Shown here: positions 20,839-30,848 of the stretch, piece after piece | Layout of the letters: each line of letters starts with the position of its first letter | How positions within the stretch are numbered: the first letter of the stretch is position 1 | Source: Spirochaetia bacterium | Lineage (GTDB): Bacteria > Spirochaetota > Spirochaetia > B11-G9 | Length of the DNA stretch: 64,000 bases | NCBI GenBank assembly: GCA_027859095.1 | Contig: JAQIBN010000006.1 | Coordinates: forward strand, 18,008 to 82,007 | Direction of reading: 5' to 3' | Position numbers and translations under genes: made by a program | Notes under the pieces: model-generated | The model's database searches: none | Seen by the model: only the letters and a program-made list of their open reading frames with translations | Told to the model about the DNA's origin: nothing

Positions 20839-21825
20839 CTATTTGTAATTTTCTTTTATTCTGGGATCAAGATATGCATATAGAATATCTATTAGAAGAT
20901 TTACAATACTAAAAGACAGAGTAAAAACAATAATGCAACCAAGGACCATTGGTGTATCCTTCCGTTGTATCGATTGTACCATCAGTCTTCCAATACCAGG
21001 CCATGAGAAAACTGTTTCAGTCAGAACAGCTCCTCCAAGGAGTACACCAAATTCCAGCCCTATAACAGTAATGGCGGGAATAAGAGCATTTCTAAGAGCA
21101 TGTTTTGTAATAACCTTATTTTTACTAACACCTTTTGCCTTAGCTGTATTTATGTAATCCTGCCTTATCACTTCCAGCATTGAAGATCTGGTTGTTCGGG
21201 TAATACTTGCTGTAGATGCAATTGCCAGAGTAAATGCAGGTAAAATAAGACTCATAACACCACTCATCCCACCAGAGGGAAACCAACCTAAATTTAATGA
21301 AAAAGCAATAATTAGTATTAGTCCAATCCAGAATGATGGCATTGATATTCCTATTAAAGCAAGTATCATACCCAGGTTATCAAAAATTGAATATTGTTTA
21401 GTAGCTGAAATTACACCAATTGGTATAGATATCAAAACTGATAAAATAATTGCAGTAATTGTTAACTTAAAAGTATTTGGAAAACGCTGGCCAATTTCTC
21501 CTGCTACAGATCTACCATCTGCATAGGAAACACCCATATCACCTCTGAGAAGTGAGCCCATATAGCGTCCATATTGAATAATAAGGGGATCATTCAAGCC
21601 CATCTCTTCACGTAATTCAACAATTCGTTCATCAGTTGCACCATCACCTAATATCATTGATGCAACATTTCCAGGTGTTAAACTGATAATAAAAAAGACT
21701 AAAAATATTACACCCAGCATTACTGGTAGCAACAGAAGTAATCTTCTGATTATATATTTTAACACAGTACCTCCAATTTGTTCATATTTAATAACAGCAA
21801 TAAATTTTATTAAAAAATGATACAA
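20839..21825 (-). CDS. oppB: Oligopeptide ABC permease OppB.
   Basis: It is a typical 6-TM OppB/DppB protein. Confidence 0.85.
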   Translation of the reverse strand: MYHFLIKFIAVIKYEQIGGTVLKYIIRRLLLLLPVMLGVIFLVFFIISLTPGNVASMILGDGATDERIVELREEMGLNDPLIIQYGRYMGSLLRGDMGVSYADGRSVAGEIGQRFPNTFKLTITAIILSVLISIPIGVISATKQYSIFDNLGMILALIGISMPSFWIGLILIIAFSLNLGWFPSGGMSGVMSLILPAFTLAIASTASITRTTRSSMLEVIRQDYINTAKAKGVSKNKVITKHALRNALIPAITVIGLEFGVLLGGAVLTETVFSWPGIGRLMVQSIQRKDTPMVLGCIIVFTLSFSIVNLLIDILYAYLDPRIKENYK

Positions 21826-21848
21826 TCCAGTTAATTCCGGATTGTATC

Positions 21849-21878
21849 ATAAACTTTTTATTTAAAAAAAATGTACAG
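21849..21878 (-). terminator. Intercistronic stem-loop (partial terminator) between oppA and oppB.
   Basis: GATACAATCC...GGATTGTATC forms a perfect 10-bp stem, followed by a T-run on the transcribed (minus) strand. Confidence 0.5.
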
Positions 21879-21886
21879 TTTTATAA

Positions 21887-23398
21887 TTAAAAATGTATTT
21901 TTTCAATATTCCATAATCCCTGAGGACTTAATTCCACACCTTTTAAGGAAGCGTTGGATCCAACAAGAATATTATTTACAAAAAGAGGAACCATTGTGGC
22001 TTGATTCATAACATACTCATGAAATTCATTGTATGTTTTTTCACGTTGTCCAAGATCAAGTTCTTCTCTTCCATCTTTTAACATTTGATCAATTTTAGGG
22101 TCATTAATTCTACTAAAATTCATTCCATTAATATTACCAGAGAAAAATCGAGGTGTTAAAGTTGCATCTGGATCAGGATTAGATGTCCAGGCAAGTACTA
22201 ATGATTCAAAATTTCCATTTATAGCAGAATCAATAAAAGTACCCCATTCAAGCATTTCAATGGAAGCAGTAACCCCAACATCCATTAAGCTTGCCTGTAT
22301 AACTTCTGCCATTCTTTTTCTATCATCTCCGGAAGTTGTAATTGTAATTTCGAATCCATCAGGATAACCAGCCTGGGCAAATAATTCTTTTGCTTTTTCA
22401 GGATTATATGAATATGGACCAGCTTTATATCCTAAAAATGATGGAGCTAAAACAGAATCTGCCTGAATACCAGCACCTTCAAGAGCGACAATAATAATTG
22501 CTTCTTTATCTATTGCATAGTTCATTGCCTGACGAACTAATTGATTATCAAAAGGAGCTTTTTCAGTATTCATTTCAAAGAAATTCAAACGTGTAGAAGG
22601 CACCTCATGTAATTTCAATTCTCCATTATCAGAAACCTTATTCTTATCAATCGTTTGAACTTCTGCAATAACATCAACTTCACCTGTTTCCAGTGCAATT
22701 GTCCTGGAAGTTCCTTCTGGTATAACCTTAAAAGTAATCTTAGAGGATTGTCCCATATTATTTTTATCAAAATAGTTGTCATACTTATCTACAACTACCT
22801 TATCACCTGAAACCCATTCAGTAAAAACATAAGGTCCAGAACCTACCGGATTAGCAAACTCATCTCCTGACTCAATATATGCCTTTGGAAGTATAGATGT
22901 TCCGGCATGAACCAATGTGTATAAAAAAGGAGCAAATGCAGAGTTAGTAGTAACTTTGACAGTATATTTATCAACAACATCAACGGATTTAACTTCACTT
23001 AAGACCTGTTGAACCTTAGGCATCTCTTTTGAACGATTTAAACTAAATGCTACATCTTCAGCTGTCATTTCACTTCCATCATGAAACATAACACCTTCTT
23101 TAATTTTTATAAGCCATTCAGTTTCTGATGGTTGCTCCCAGGATTCTGCAAGGTCTGGTACAACTTTAAAATCTGTATTTAGTTTAAATAACCTGTTAAA
23201 TACTAAAAAAGATACTTTTTCAGATTTGGTATCATTATGACCTTGTGGATCCAAAGATGTGATACCAGCGCTCAATGCAACTGTAAGTTCATCATTTGTC
23301 TGTTCCTGTACATCCTGTCCACCTCCTGCAAATGCCATCAGGGAAACACACATTAAAATTACCGCGAAATACACTGTTAGTTTTGTTTTGTATTTCAT
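21887..23398 (-). CDS. oppA: Family-5 substrate-binding protein OppA.
   Basis: It has a signal peptide and an SBP_bac_5 fold, and is the first transporter gene after the peptidases. Confidence 0.85.
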   Translation of the reverse strand: MKYKTKLTVYFAVILMCVSLMAFAGGGQDVQEQTNDELTVALSAGITSLDPQGHNDTKSEKVSFLVFNRLFKLNTDFKVVPDLAESWEQPSETEWLIKIKEGVMFHDGSEMTAEDVAFSLNRSKEMPKVQQVLSEVKSVDVVDKYTVKVTTNSAFAPFLYTLVHAGTSILPKAYIESGDEFANPVGSGPYVFTEWVSGDKVVVDKYDNYFDKNNMGQSSKITFKVIPEGTSRTIALETGEVDVIAEVQTIDKNKVSDNGELKLHEVPSTRLNFFEMNTEKAPFDNQLVRQAMNYAIDKEAIIIVALEGAGIQADSVLAPSFLGYKAGPYSYNPEKAKELFAQAGYPDGFEITITTSGDDRKRMAEVIQASLMDVGVTASIEMLEWGTFIDSAINGNFESLVLAWTSNPDPDATLTPRFFSGNINGMNFSRINDPKIDQMLKDGREELDLGQREKTYNEFHEYVMNQATMVPLFVNNILVGSNASLKGVELSPQGLWNIEKIHF

Positions 23399-23511
23399 AT
23401 TCTACTCCTCCTAAATATTTTAACAAGCTTAAAAGCCTGCTGTATAACTAATTTTTAATCCATATAACAGCAAATACTCCAATCAAATATCAGATTACCC
23501 GCTGCAATAGA

Positions 23512-24576
23512 TTAGAATTTTTCTGCAAAATCAATTAATACCCTCTCCAGGTAATCTATTGAACCAGACTCAACATACTCATCATTCCCATGCCAATAGT
23601 TACCTCTGGGACCCAATTCAATAGCCGGTATACCCTTTGAAGAAAAAAACCGTGTGTCCGAACCACCATGCTGGACCTCCAGATTAGTAGTTTCTTCAGG
23701 CATAACATGAACAATTGATTCCATCAGCTGCTGAATATAGTGATTATCAGGCTTCGTATTAACGTCAGGTTCAATTGCTAATACACTAACCTCCCCATCA
23801 ACAATCTTTCGAATCTCATCTATAATATCTTCAGGATCAATATCAGGAACATAGCGAATATCCAGCCCCATAACGCATCTGTCCGGTATTCTGTTATAGA
23901 TATCTCCACCATTAATTTTTGCAAGATTTACAGTCGAACTTTCATAGAAATCAGATCCGATATTCAAAATTGGTAATTTCTCAATTTTTGAAAAATTTTC
24001 CAGAGCTTTAAGTATTGCATTCTCACCCTCCCATGGACGGGAACCATGAGCTGCAACACCTCTTGATTCAACATCTAATCTAACAATTCCCTTGGATTGG
24101 ATAGAAATTTTAAGATTTGTCGGCTCAGTACAGATAACAAAGTCTCCGATATATCCCTGTTCAACAAGATAGCGTGTACCGTGCTTACCCCCAGTCTCTT
24201 CATCGGGTACTAACTGCAGCATAATCCGGTTTTTCAGATTCCTGTTCCTAAGCCTTATCATTGCCTGAATCATGGCAACACATCCGCCTTTCATATCCGC
24301 GGAACCCCTACCGAAAATTTTTCCATTATCTTCAAAAGGTTCAAACTGGGTCTCTTTACCGGAAACTACATCCAGATGACCGTTAAGAATAAGAGTCTTA
24401 TCACCATTCCCGATTGTTGCCACATAACTCTTGTATCCATTGTTTTCAATTATCTCTCCTGGAACACCATTTTCATTCAAATACTCAGAGCAAACCTCAA
24501 TTGCTCTATTACTGTTTTCAAGAGTTGAAGAATCAATCCGTATTAATTTTTTTAAAAGACCTATAGAATCTGTCAA
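23512..24576 (-). CDS. M20-family metallopeptidase (ArgE/DapE/carboxypeptidase-like).
   Basis: The HLDVV...GSADMKGG metal-binding motifs are present. Confidence 0.8.
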   Translation of the reverse strand: MTDSIGLLKKLIRIDSSTLENSNRAIEVCSEYLNENGVPGEIIENNGYKSYVATIGNGDKTLILNGHLDVVSGKETQFEPFEDNGKIFGRGSADMKGGCVAMIQAMIRLRNRNLKNRIMLQLVPDEETGGKHGTRYLVEQGYIGDFVICTEPTNLKISIQSKGIVRLDVESRGVAAHGSRPWEGENAILKALENFSKIEKLPILNIGSDFYESSTVNLAKINGGDIYNRIPDRCVMGLDIRYVPDIDPEDIIDEIRKIVDGEVSVLAIEPDVNTKPDNHYIQQLMESIVHVMPEETTNLEVQHGGSDTRFFSSKGIPAIELGPRGNYWHGNDEYVESGSIDYLERVLIDFAEKF

Positions 24577-26492
24577 ATCATTCCCCTTTTTAGAAACCTG
24601 TCAAACCAGGACAATAATTCACTGTATCTGCGTTTTTTATTTTGAGGTTTTCCCCGGACAACCAAACCGTGAGTCTCTTCATCAAACAAACACATCCGCG
24701 TCTCAACACCATGATAGTTAAGAGCACTAAACATATTGATAGATTCTGAATAATGACAGCGATAATCATTTTTCCCATGAATAAATAAAGTCGGTGTTGT
24801 CACTCTGTGAGCCTGGTAAACAGGAGAAGCTTCCATCAGTACGACAGGATCTGTCCAGGGTGTGGCTTCATTGCCCATATATTCAAAAATAAACTGATAT
24901 CCAATATCTGACGATGTAAAAGAGGTCATCAGATTACTTATTCCCCTTTCAGCAACAGCGGCTTTAAAACGGTTTGTATGTGAAATAATATAATTTGTCA
25001 TGTATCCGCCGTAGGACCCTCCAGTAACCCCCAAACGGTCCCTATCAATAGAGGGATAATTGTCTAGAACTTTATCAGTAAACGCCATTAACTGTTTATG
25101 AGGGAGTTCGCCAAAGTGACCCCTTATATTTGCAAAGCTGTCTCCCCTTCCGTCACTGCCCATGGGATTGGCACAAAATACATAATATCCATTTCCACAA
25201 AGAAGTTGAATGTCGTGAGCAAAGATGTCTGAGTAGATCATCTTAGGCCCCCCATGAATAAGGAGTACTGCCGGACAGGGGTGATTCTCCTGGGCACCTA
25301 CCGGAGGAAATACATATCCGTCAATCTCAACATCATCAACAAATACTGACATTTTTTCCGCTTTTGATAGCAGGAGCTCATCCACCCACTGATTGTAATG
25401 TGACACTTGTCTGGTTCCTGAATTATCCGAAAAGTATATCTCGCTGAGTTTAAGGTCTTTTAAACCAATCAGTACTATTCCATTATCAATTACATTGAAG
25501 CTTCCGATTATCTTCATACCTGTTTCAACTGCATCACAATCACCAGCCAAATTTATCCGATAAAGCATATCTCTGTCTCTCGCAACAAGTTTAAAATATA
25601 ATTCATCCCGATATCTTTGGACTGGTAAAGATGTTGAAAAAAATGAATCTGTTACAATACCTGGATGCTCATTGCTTTTATCCGGAAGTTTACCCAGAAC
25701 CCCGGACTCTCCTGTTTCAGTATCAACCTTGTAAATCTGAGGATTATCATTTCGACTGTTAGTTTCCATATCAACACCGAAGAAAACAACTGTATCCTCT
25801 GTCATTGATTTTATATAACTAATTCTAAAAGGACGGTCATTAAGCAGCTTCATTGACTCCGATTCCAGATTATAAAAATATATGCTTGAAACGATCGGTT
25901 TTAAATTCTTAACTGCATAGGCTGTAAATATTATTCTGTTATTGTCAAAATCGAAATCCGTCTTGTCAATATCCATATCAAGTGAACTGACCATTGTAAT
26001 ATCTTTTCCATCAAGATCCGATTGAAATAAACCAATAACGCCTTTACCTACAATGCCCCGGCCCTCCTGATAAAATGGTCCGTTCTGACTGCATTGAACT
26101 GCAGCATTGGTGTCAGATCTCTGAACTTCCATTGTAAAAAACAATTTTGATTCATTAAAGGCAAAATCGTCAACTGTAAAAGGGATGGTCATCATTTCAC
26201 TGACAGAACCATTTACCGGATTATATGAATAAAATATAGTGTTATCATCCGAAAAGTGTTTGAAAATAATTTCATCTTCAACAAACCGGAAATCTTCCGG
26301 TTCAAATGAAAGATCAATTTTTTTTATTTTAAGCTCCCTAAGCTCCAACAGAAAAACATCTTTACGGTAAACGTTTTTCTCCTGATCGAGGGTATAGTCA
26401 AAGTACAATCCGAAGGTTTTAGTTTTATTAATTTTCAGATTGGTTAAAATATGGTTTTTCAGAAAATCTTCCAGCCTAATTTTATTGTACAT
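24573..26492 (-). CDS. S9-family serine peptidase (prolyl oligopeptidase / acylaminoacyl-peptidase-like).
   Basis: It has an N-terminal beta-propeller region and the catalytic GGSYGG serine motif in a C-terminal alpha/beta hydrolase domain. Confidence 0.8.
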   Translation of the reverse strand: MYNKIRLEDFLKNHILTNLKINKTKTFGLYFDYTLDQEKNVYRKDVFLLELRELKIKKIDLSFEPEDFRFVEDEIIFKHFSDDNTIFYSYNPVNGSVSEMMTIPFTVDDFAFNESKLFFTMEVQRSDTNAAVQCSQNGPFYQEGRGIVGKGVIGLFQSDLDGKDITMVSSLDMDIDKTDFDFDNNRIIFTAYAVKNLKPIVSSIYFYNLESESMKLLNDRPFRISYIKSMTEDTVVFFGVDMETNSRNDNPQIYKVDTETGESGVLGKLPDKSNEHPGIVTDSFFSTSLPVQRYRDELYFKLVARDRDMLYRINLAGDCDAVETGMKIIGSFNVIDNGIVLIGLKDLKLSEIYFSDNSGTRQVSHYNQWVDELLLSKAEKMSVFVDDVEIDGYVFPPVGAQENHPCPAVLLIHGGPKMIYSDIFAHDIQLLCGNGYYVFCANPMGSDGRGDSFANIRGHFGELPHKQLMAFTDKVLDNYPSIDRDRLGVTGGSYGGYMTNYIISHTNRFKAAVAERGISNLMTSFTSSDIGYQFIFEYMGNEATPWTDPVVLMEASPVYQAHRVTTPTLFIHGKNDYRCHYSESINMFSALNYHGVETRMCLFDEETHGLVVRGKPQNKKRRYSELLSWFDRFLKRGMI

Positions 26493-26515
26493 TCCACCAC
26501 CTTCAACAATATCTA

Positions 26516-26531
26516 TGCAAGAAGTGTGCCA
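26516..26531 (-). promoter_or_regulatory. Sigma-54 -24/-12 promoter for the S9 peptidase, M20 peptidase and opp operon.
   Basis: The minus strand reads TTGGCACACTTCTTGCATA (GG-N10-GC). The -12 GC dinucleotide is about 25 nt upstream of the ATG at 26492, and a GGTGG ribosome-binding site lies between them. Confidence 0.55.
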
Positions 26532-26678
26532 AATACTAATAGATAGGAAAAAATAATATAGATCAATGGCTTACTTATAAAGAAAATCGGAATAATCTTC
26601 CTATCCTGCAAACATGAGTACAGACAATTGTTAAGGTATTGAATATATTATACGAATGTTACAGGAGAGAAAGAGATT

Positions 26679-28736
26679 ATGAAAACGATCGCTATTGTAT
26701 CAGACTCCGCATACAGTGGAAAAGATCTCGTTGCTGTTGGAGAAACTATAAAAAAGAATATCCTTGAGGTATTTGACAAACAAGTTACTGTTTCCAATTA
26801 TCATATTGACCAACTTTCGGAGGGAGACATCATTGATGAAGACCTTGTTGTTGTTATGGCCGGAAGCAGAGCTATTAAAGTAAAAAACTTTGTTTCCAAT
26901 CATGATAAAATTATTGTTGCCAGACGTACCTTTTCAAAACACGGTATTTATCAGCTTTTCAGTATTCCGGAAGGAACTGATGTACTTGTTGTTAATGATA
27001 ATATAGAAACAGTCCTTGACTCTATTTCCTCTCTCTACCACATCGGAGTGAAGCATGTAAATCTTATTCCATTTATTCCGGAGAAGGATTATCACCACAT
27101 TAATCATGCTGTTTCACCTTCTGAACCGAAACTTGTCCCTAATTATATCAAACATGTATATGATGTCGGGAGCAGGGTTATCGATATTCCAACAATGCTG
27201 TTGATAATCAGTATGTTGCAGATAAATGATAAACAGACTCAGCAGAAATTATATAATTACAACCAGAAAATATTCAGTCCCAATGAAGGGATAATACAGA
27301 ATTACACCAATTTACTGACACGGACCGAGGAGATGGACCAGCTCCTTGATCTTTCTCATGACGGTATTCTGCTGACTGACAGGAACGGTAAAATACTGAT
27401 TTATAATAAAAAATTTAAAAACATTTTCGAAATTACGAATAACCCGGAAGGAAAATACCTTCACGATATTGTGAAGGATCCTAATCTTGATAAATACTAT
27501 AAAAATGACTTTCACAACGATCTGGTAACTTTTAAAAAGAAAATTATTAATCTTGAAAAAAGGGATGTAGTACACTTTGACCAGGAAATTCGTATGTATT
27601 TCAGCTTTCAGGAGGTAACTCATATAAAGAAACTTGAGCAAAACCTCAGCCAGAAACTCCGCCAAAAGGGACAGATAGCACGATATACTTTTGACGATAT
27701 TATATGCACATCAAAAGATATAAAAACAATCAAGAAGAAAGCCGAAAAAATTGCATCAACCGATTTGACTATTATGATAACAGGCGAAAGCGGAACCGGT
27801 AAGGAAATTCTTGCTCAGGCCATACATAATGCCTCTCCACGGCACAAACAACCGTTCATAGCTATTAACAGTGCAGCAATCCCCGAAAATCTTATTGAGA
27901 GTGAGCTTTTCGGATATGCAAGCGGTTCTTTCACAGGAGCATTGAAAAGCGGCAGAAAAGGACTCTTTGAACAGGCTAACAACGGTACAATCTTTCTAGA
28001 TGAAATTGGAGATATGCCAAAACATCTCCAATCAAAACTTCTGAGAGTTTTACAGGAAAGACAACTTACTCCAATAGGGTCAGACAGAATCATTGATATT
28101 GATGTAAGAGTAATTGCCGCATCTCACAGAAATCCCAGAGAGATGATTAAAGACGACAGTTTCAGAAAGGATTTATTTTACAGACTGAATGTATTTCCCC
28201 TTGAACTCCCTCCCCTTAGAAGACGACCAGAAGATATTCCTATATTGCTACAAAATTTTACAAATAATAGATTTACTTTCAGCGGAGACTGCATAAATCA
28301 TATGATGAACTACGACTGGCCGGGAAATATTCGCGAACTAAATAACGTTGCTCAGTATATTACTACAATAGAAGAAAACGAAGTGGTTAATATCGATTCA
28401 TTACCCTATTATCTTAGTACACAGTCCGGCCTGGGCACATGGCAATCGGGTAACATATCATATCAAACAGAAAGAATGATACTGGAACAAAAAACTGCTC
28501 TTACAACAGCTGTATCAACCCTTAAAGCCATACAATTACTTAATAGAATAGATAAAACAGCTGGAAGAAAGCATATTATGGGAATACTTGGACAGAAGAA
28601 TATACTGGTTAGTGAAAGCCGTCTGAGAAAAATCATAGCAGCACTTCAATTAACAGAATTAATTATAACAAAAAAAGGGCGTAACGGCAGTTATACTACA
28701 GAAAAGGGCAATCATTTTTTATCAGACTTTCCCTAA
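26679..28736 (+). CDS. Sigma-54-dependent transcriptional activator (enhancer-binding protein, EBP) with a PrpR_N-like sensor, a PAS domain and an AAA+ domain.
   Basis: It has Walker A GESGTGKE, the GAFTGA-region ESELFGY, and the arginine-finger region. Its C-terminal 100 residues look like a winged helix rather than a Fis-type HTH. Confidence 0.85.
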   Translation: MKTIAIVSDSAYSGKDLVAVGETIKKNILEVFDKQVTVSNYHIDQLSEGDIIDEDLVVVMAGSRAIKVKNFVSNHDKIIVARRTFSKHGIYQLFSIPEGTDVLVVNDNIETVLDSISSLYHIGVKHVNLIPFIPEKDYHHINHAVSPSEPKLVPNYIKHVYDVGSRVIDIPTMLLIISMLQINDKQTQQKLYNYNQKIFSPNEGIIQNYTNLLTRTEEMDQLLDLSHDGILLTDRNGKILIYNKKFKNIFEITNNPEGKYLHDIVKDPNLDKYYKNDFHNDLVTFKKKIINLEKRDVVHFDQEIRMYFSFQEVTHIKKLEQNLSQKLRQKGQIARYTFDDIICTSKDIKTIKKKAEKIASTDLTIMITGESGTGKEILAQAIHNASPRHKQPFIAINSAAIPENLIESELFGYASGSFTGALKSGRKGLFEQANNGTIFLDEIGDMPKHLQSKLLRVLQERQLTPIGSDRIIDIDVRVIAASHRNPREMIKDDSFRKDLFYRLNVFPLELPPLRRRPEDIPILLQNFTNNRFTFSGDCINHMMNYDWPGNIRELNNVAQYITTIEENEVVNIDSLPYYLSTQSGLGTWQSGNISYQTERMILEQKTALTTAVSTLKAIQLLNRIDKTAGRKHIMGILGQKNILVSESRLRKIIAALQLTELIITKKGRNGSYTTEKGNHFLSDFP

Positions 28737-28756
28737 TAAGAGAGTTTATAGGTTAG

Positions 28757-28790
28757 TAAACAGGTTTTAATTCCTGTTTATCAACCTGTT
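28757..28790 (+). terminator. Terminator-like hairpin downstream of the EBP gene.
   Basis: TAAACAGG-8nt-CCTGTTTA, followed by a second CCTGTTTA copy. Confidence 0.3.
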
Positions 28791-28805
28791 TATAGATTTT
28801 ACATT

Positions 28806-29037
28806 ATTCCAGAATAGGATTTTCCCATAAGGGCAGTTAACATCAGAATCCCTGAATGCCTCTTCAGCGCAGTCAATAACCAGAAACTCAAGATCTGTAA
28901 GTTCCTTCATCTTTGCAACAAACTTAATACTTGTTTCTTTATTTAAATCGAAAACCTTACAAAACTTTAAAGAGGGTACTCCTTCTTTTATAGCAAGTAT
29001 TTGTGTTATTCCCTGGGTATTCCATACTTCTCGGGGT
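28806..29037 (-). pseudogene. Open frame of about 77 codons with no start codon. Probable gene remnant.
   Basis: Minus-strand translation gives REVWNTQGITQILAIKEGVPSLKFCKVFDLNKETSIKFVAKMKELTDLEFLVIDCAEEAFRDSDVNCPYGKILFWNN. There is no ATG, GTG or TTG until codon 42. Confidence 0.25.
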
Positions 29038-29068
29038 TATGAGGTTTAGATGGAATAAATATATAAAT

Positions 29069-30583
29069 TCAGGATTTTTTATATACAGGAGGCCTTCTAA
29101 AACCGGATATTTTTTCATAGGCAGCGGCTATTTGTATAAGCTTCAATTCTGATTTGGATTTTCCAAAAAAAGATATCCCAACAGGCAGACCATGTATAAA
29201 TCCAGCCGGAACTGTAATATTCGGATAACCTGCTGCTGCTGCAGGAGATGAGCTTCCCAGGGTAAAGTGATCTCCGTTAATCAAGTCTGTTTTCCAGGCT
29301 GGACTGCCCGATGGTGCAATCAGGGCATCCAGATAATGCTTAGTAATCAATGCATCAATTCCTTTTTTTCCTGATAAGTTCCTGGATTTCCTGAGAGCTG
29401 ACCGGTATCTCCTATCTGTAAGTGAACTCTTTTTATCCGCCATTTCCAGAATTTCCTGGCTAAACCAAGGCATAATAACAGTATGATGGGATTTATTATA
29501 AGAAATTAGGTCGCTAAGTGATTGCACCCCGGACTCTACCATGCATGTTTCAAGATATCTGTTTAGACCATCTTTAAACTCATAGAGAAGTACCTCAAAC
29601 TCCGCATCATCAAATTTCCCCTTTGTTTCTAAATGTGTATCAACAATAATGGTCCCTGCTTCTTTCATTAAATCAACAGACTCATTAATTATTCCATCTA
29701 CATCAGAATTAATTCCAAAATAATTTCTCACCACACCAATTCTTTTGCCCGCTAAAGGCTCCAAACCAGCTGTCGCAATTGTTTTATATTCCGATTTGGA
29801 GGAAGTGCCCGCAATAACACTTAAAACAAGAGCCGCATCACCAACAGATCTTGTCATAGGTCCAGCAGTGTCCTGACTATGAGAAATGGGAATAATACCC
29901 TTCTGACTTACCAGCCCCAGTGTTGGTTTTATCCCAACTATTCCATTGGAAGATGATGGGCATATTATAGAACCATCTGTTTCAGTCCCTATTGCAGCAG
30001 CACAAAGATTGGCGGAGACAGCGACACCGGAACCTGAACTGGATCCACAGGGACTGCGATCTAAAATATAGGGGTTTTTTGTTTGCCCTCCCTGACTGCT
30101 CCAGCCTGAAGATGATTTTGTAGATCTGAAATTAGCCCATTCACTCAGGTTTGTTTTGCCAAGAATAATTGCCCCAGCATTCCTTAGCTTTGAGACTATT
30201 TCCGCATCAGCTGCAGGAATATTTCCAGCAAGAGCAAGGGAACCAGCTGCTGTTGTCATAGAATCGCAGGTACCTATATTACCTTTTATAAGTATAGGTA
30301 TCCCTGATAAAATCCCTGAACATTCTCCATTATCAATTTTTCTTGCAATATCTCTTGCATCAGGATTAATTTCCAGTACAGAGTTAAGTTCAGGTCCCTT
30401 TTTATCAATCTTTTCAATTCTGTCTAAATAGAAATCTACCAGCTCAAGGGAACTTAACTTCCTATTCTCAATGAGTTTTTTAAGATCAGAGATCCCCATC
30501 TCACATAGCTCATTCACCTTTATTACTCCTGCAATTTTTTCTATTTCCCCATGTCCAGCTGGTTCTAAGCCCACAAAGATCAC
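29069..30583 (-). CDS. Amidase-signature family enzyme (GatA-like amidase).
   Basis: The GGSSGGS-type signature (CGSSSGSGVAVSA...GTETDGSIICPSS) is present. The true start is probably the internal Met at about 30499. Confidence 0.85.
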   Translation of the reverse strand: MIFVGLEPAGHGEIEKIAGVIKVNELCEMGISDLKKLIENRKLSSLELVDFYLDRIEKIDKKGPELNSVLEINPDARDIARKIDNGECSGILSGIPILIKGNIGTCDSMTTAAGSLALAGNIPAADAEIVSKLRNAGAIILGKTNLSEWANFRSTKSSSGWSSQGGQTKNPYILDRSPCGSSSGSGVAVSANLCAAAIGTETDGSIICPSSSNGIVGIKPTLGLVSQKGIIPISHSQDTAGPMTRSVGDAALVLSVIAGTSSKSEYKTIATAGLEPLAGKRIGVVRNYFGINSDVDGIINESVDLMKEAGTIIVDTHLETKGKFDDAEFEVLLYEFKDGLNRYLETCMVESGVQSLSDLISYNKSHHTVIMPWFSQEILEMADKKSSLTDRRYRSALRKSRNLSGKKGIDALITKHYLDALIAPSGSPAWKTDLINGDHFTLGSSSPAAAAGYPNITVPAGFIHGLPVGISFFGKSKSELKLIQIAAAYEKISGFRRPPVYKKS

Positions 30584-30848
30584 GGGCTGGAATAGAACTG
30601 ACTGATGCTGTTAATAAACTTATATCAACTAAACTGATCTGACAAGAAGTCTTTGGTTACCCACAGAACGGGCGTTTAGATTCATGTATTCCAGAATTGA
30701 AATCAAGATTCTATATAAGTTATAATACCACAAAAGGTATATTTAGGGTAAAGAAGAATCCAGAGGACCATATAACTAATTTAGAAAGCCTCTTGAAACC
30801 AATACGAAAGATATTGTAAACTATTCACGCATATCAAAGGAGTTTCTA

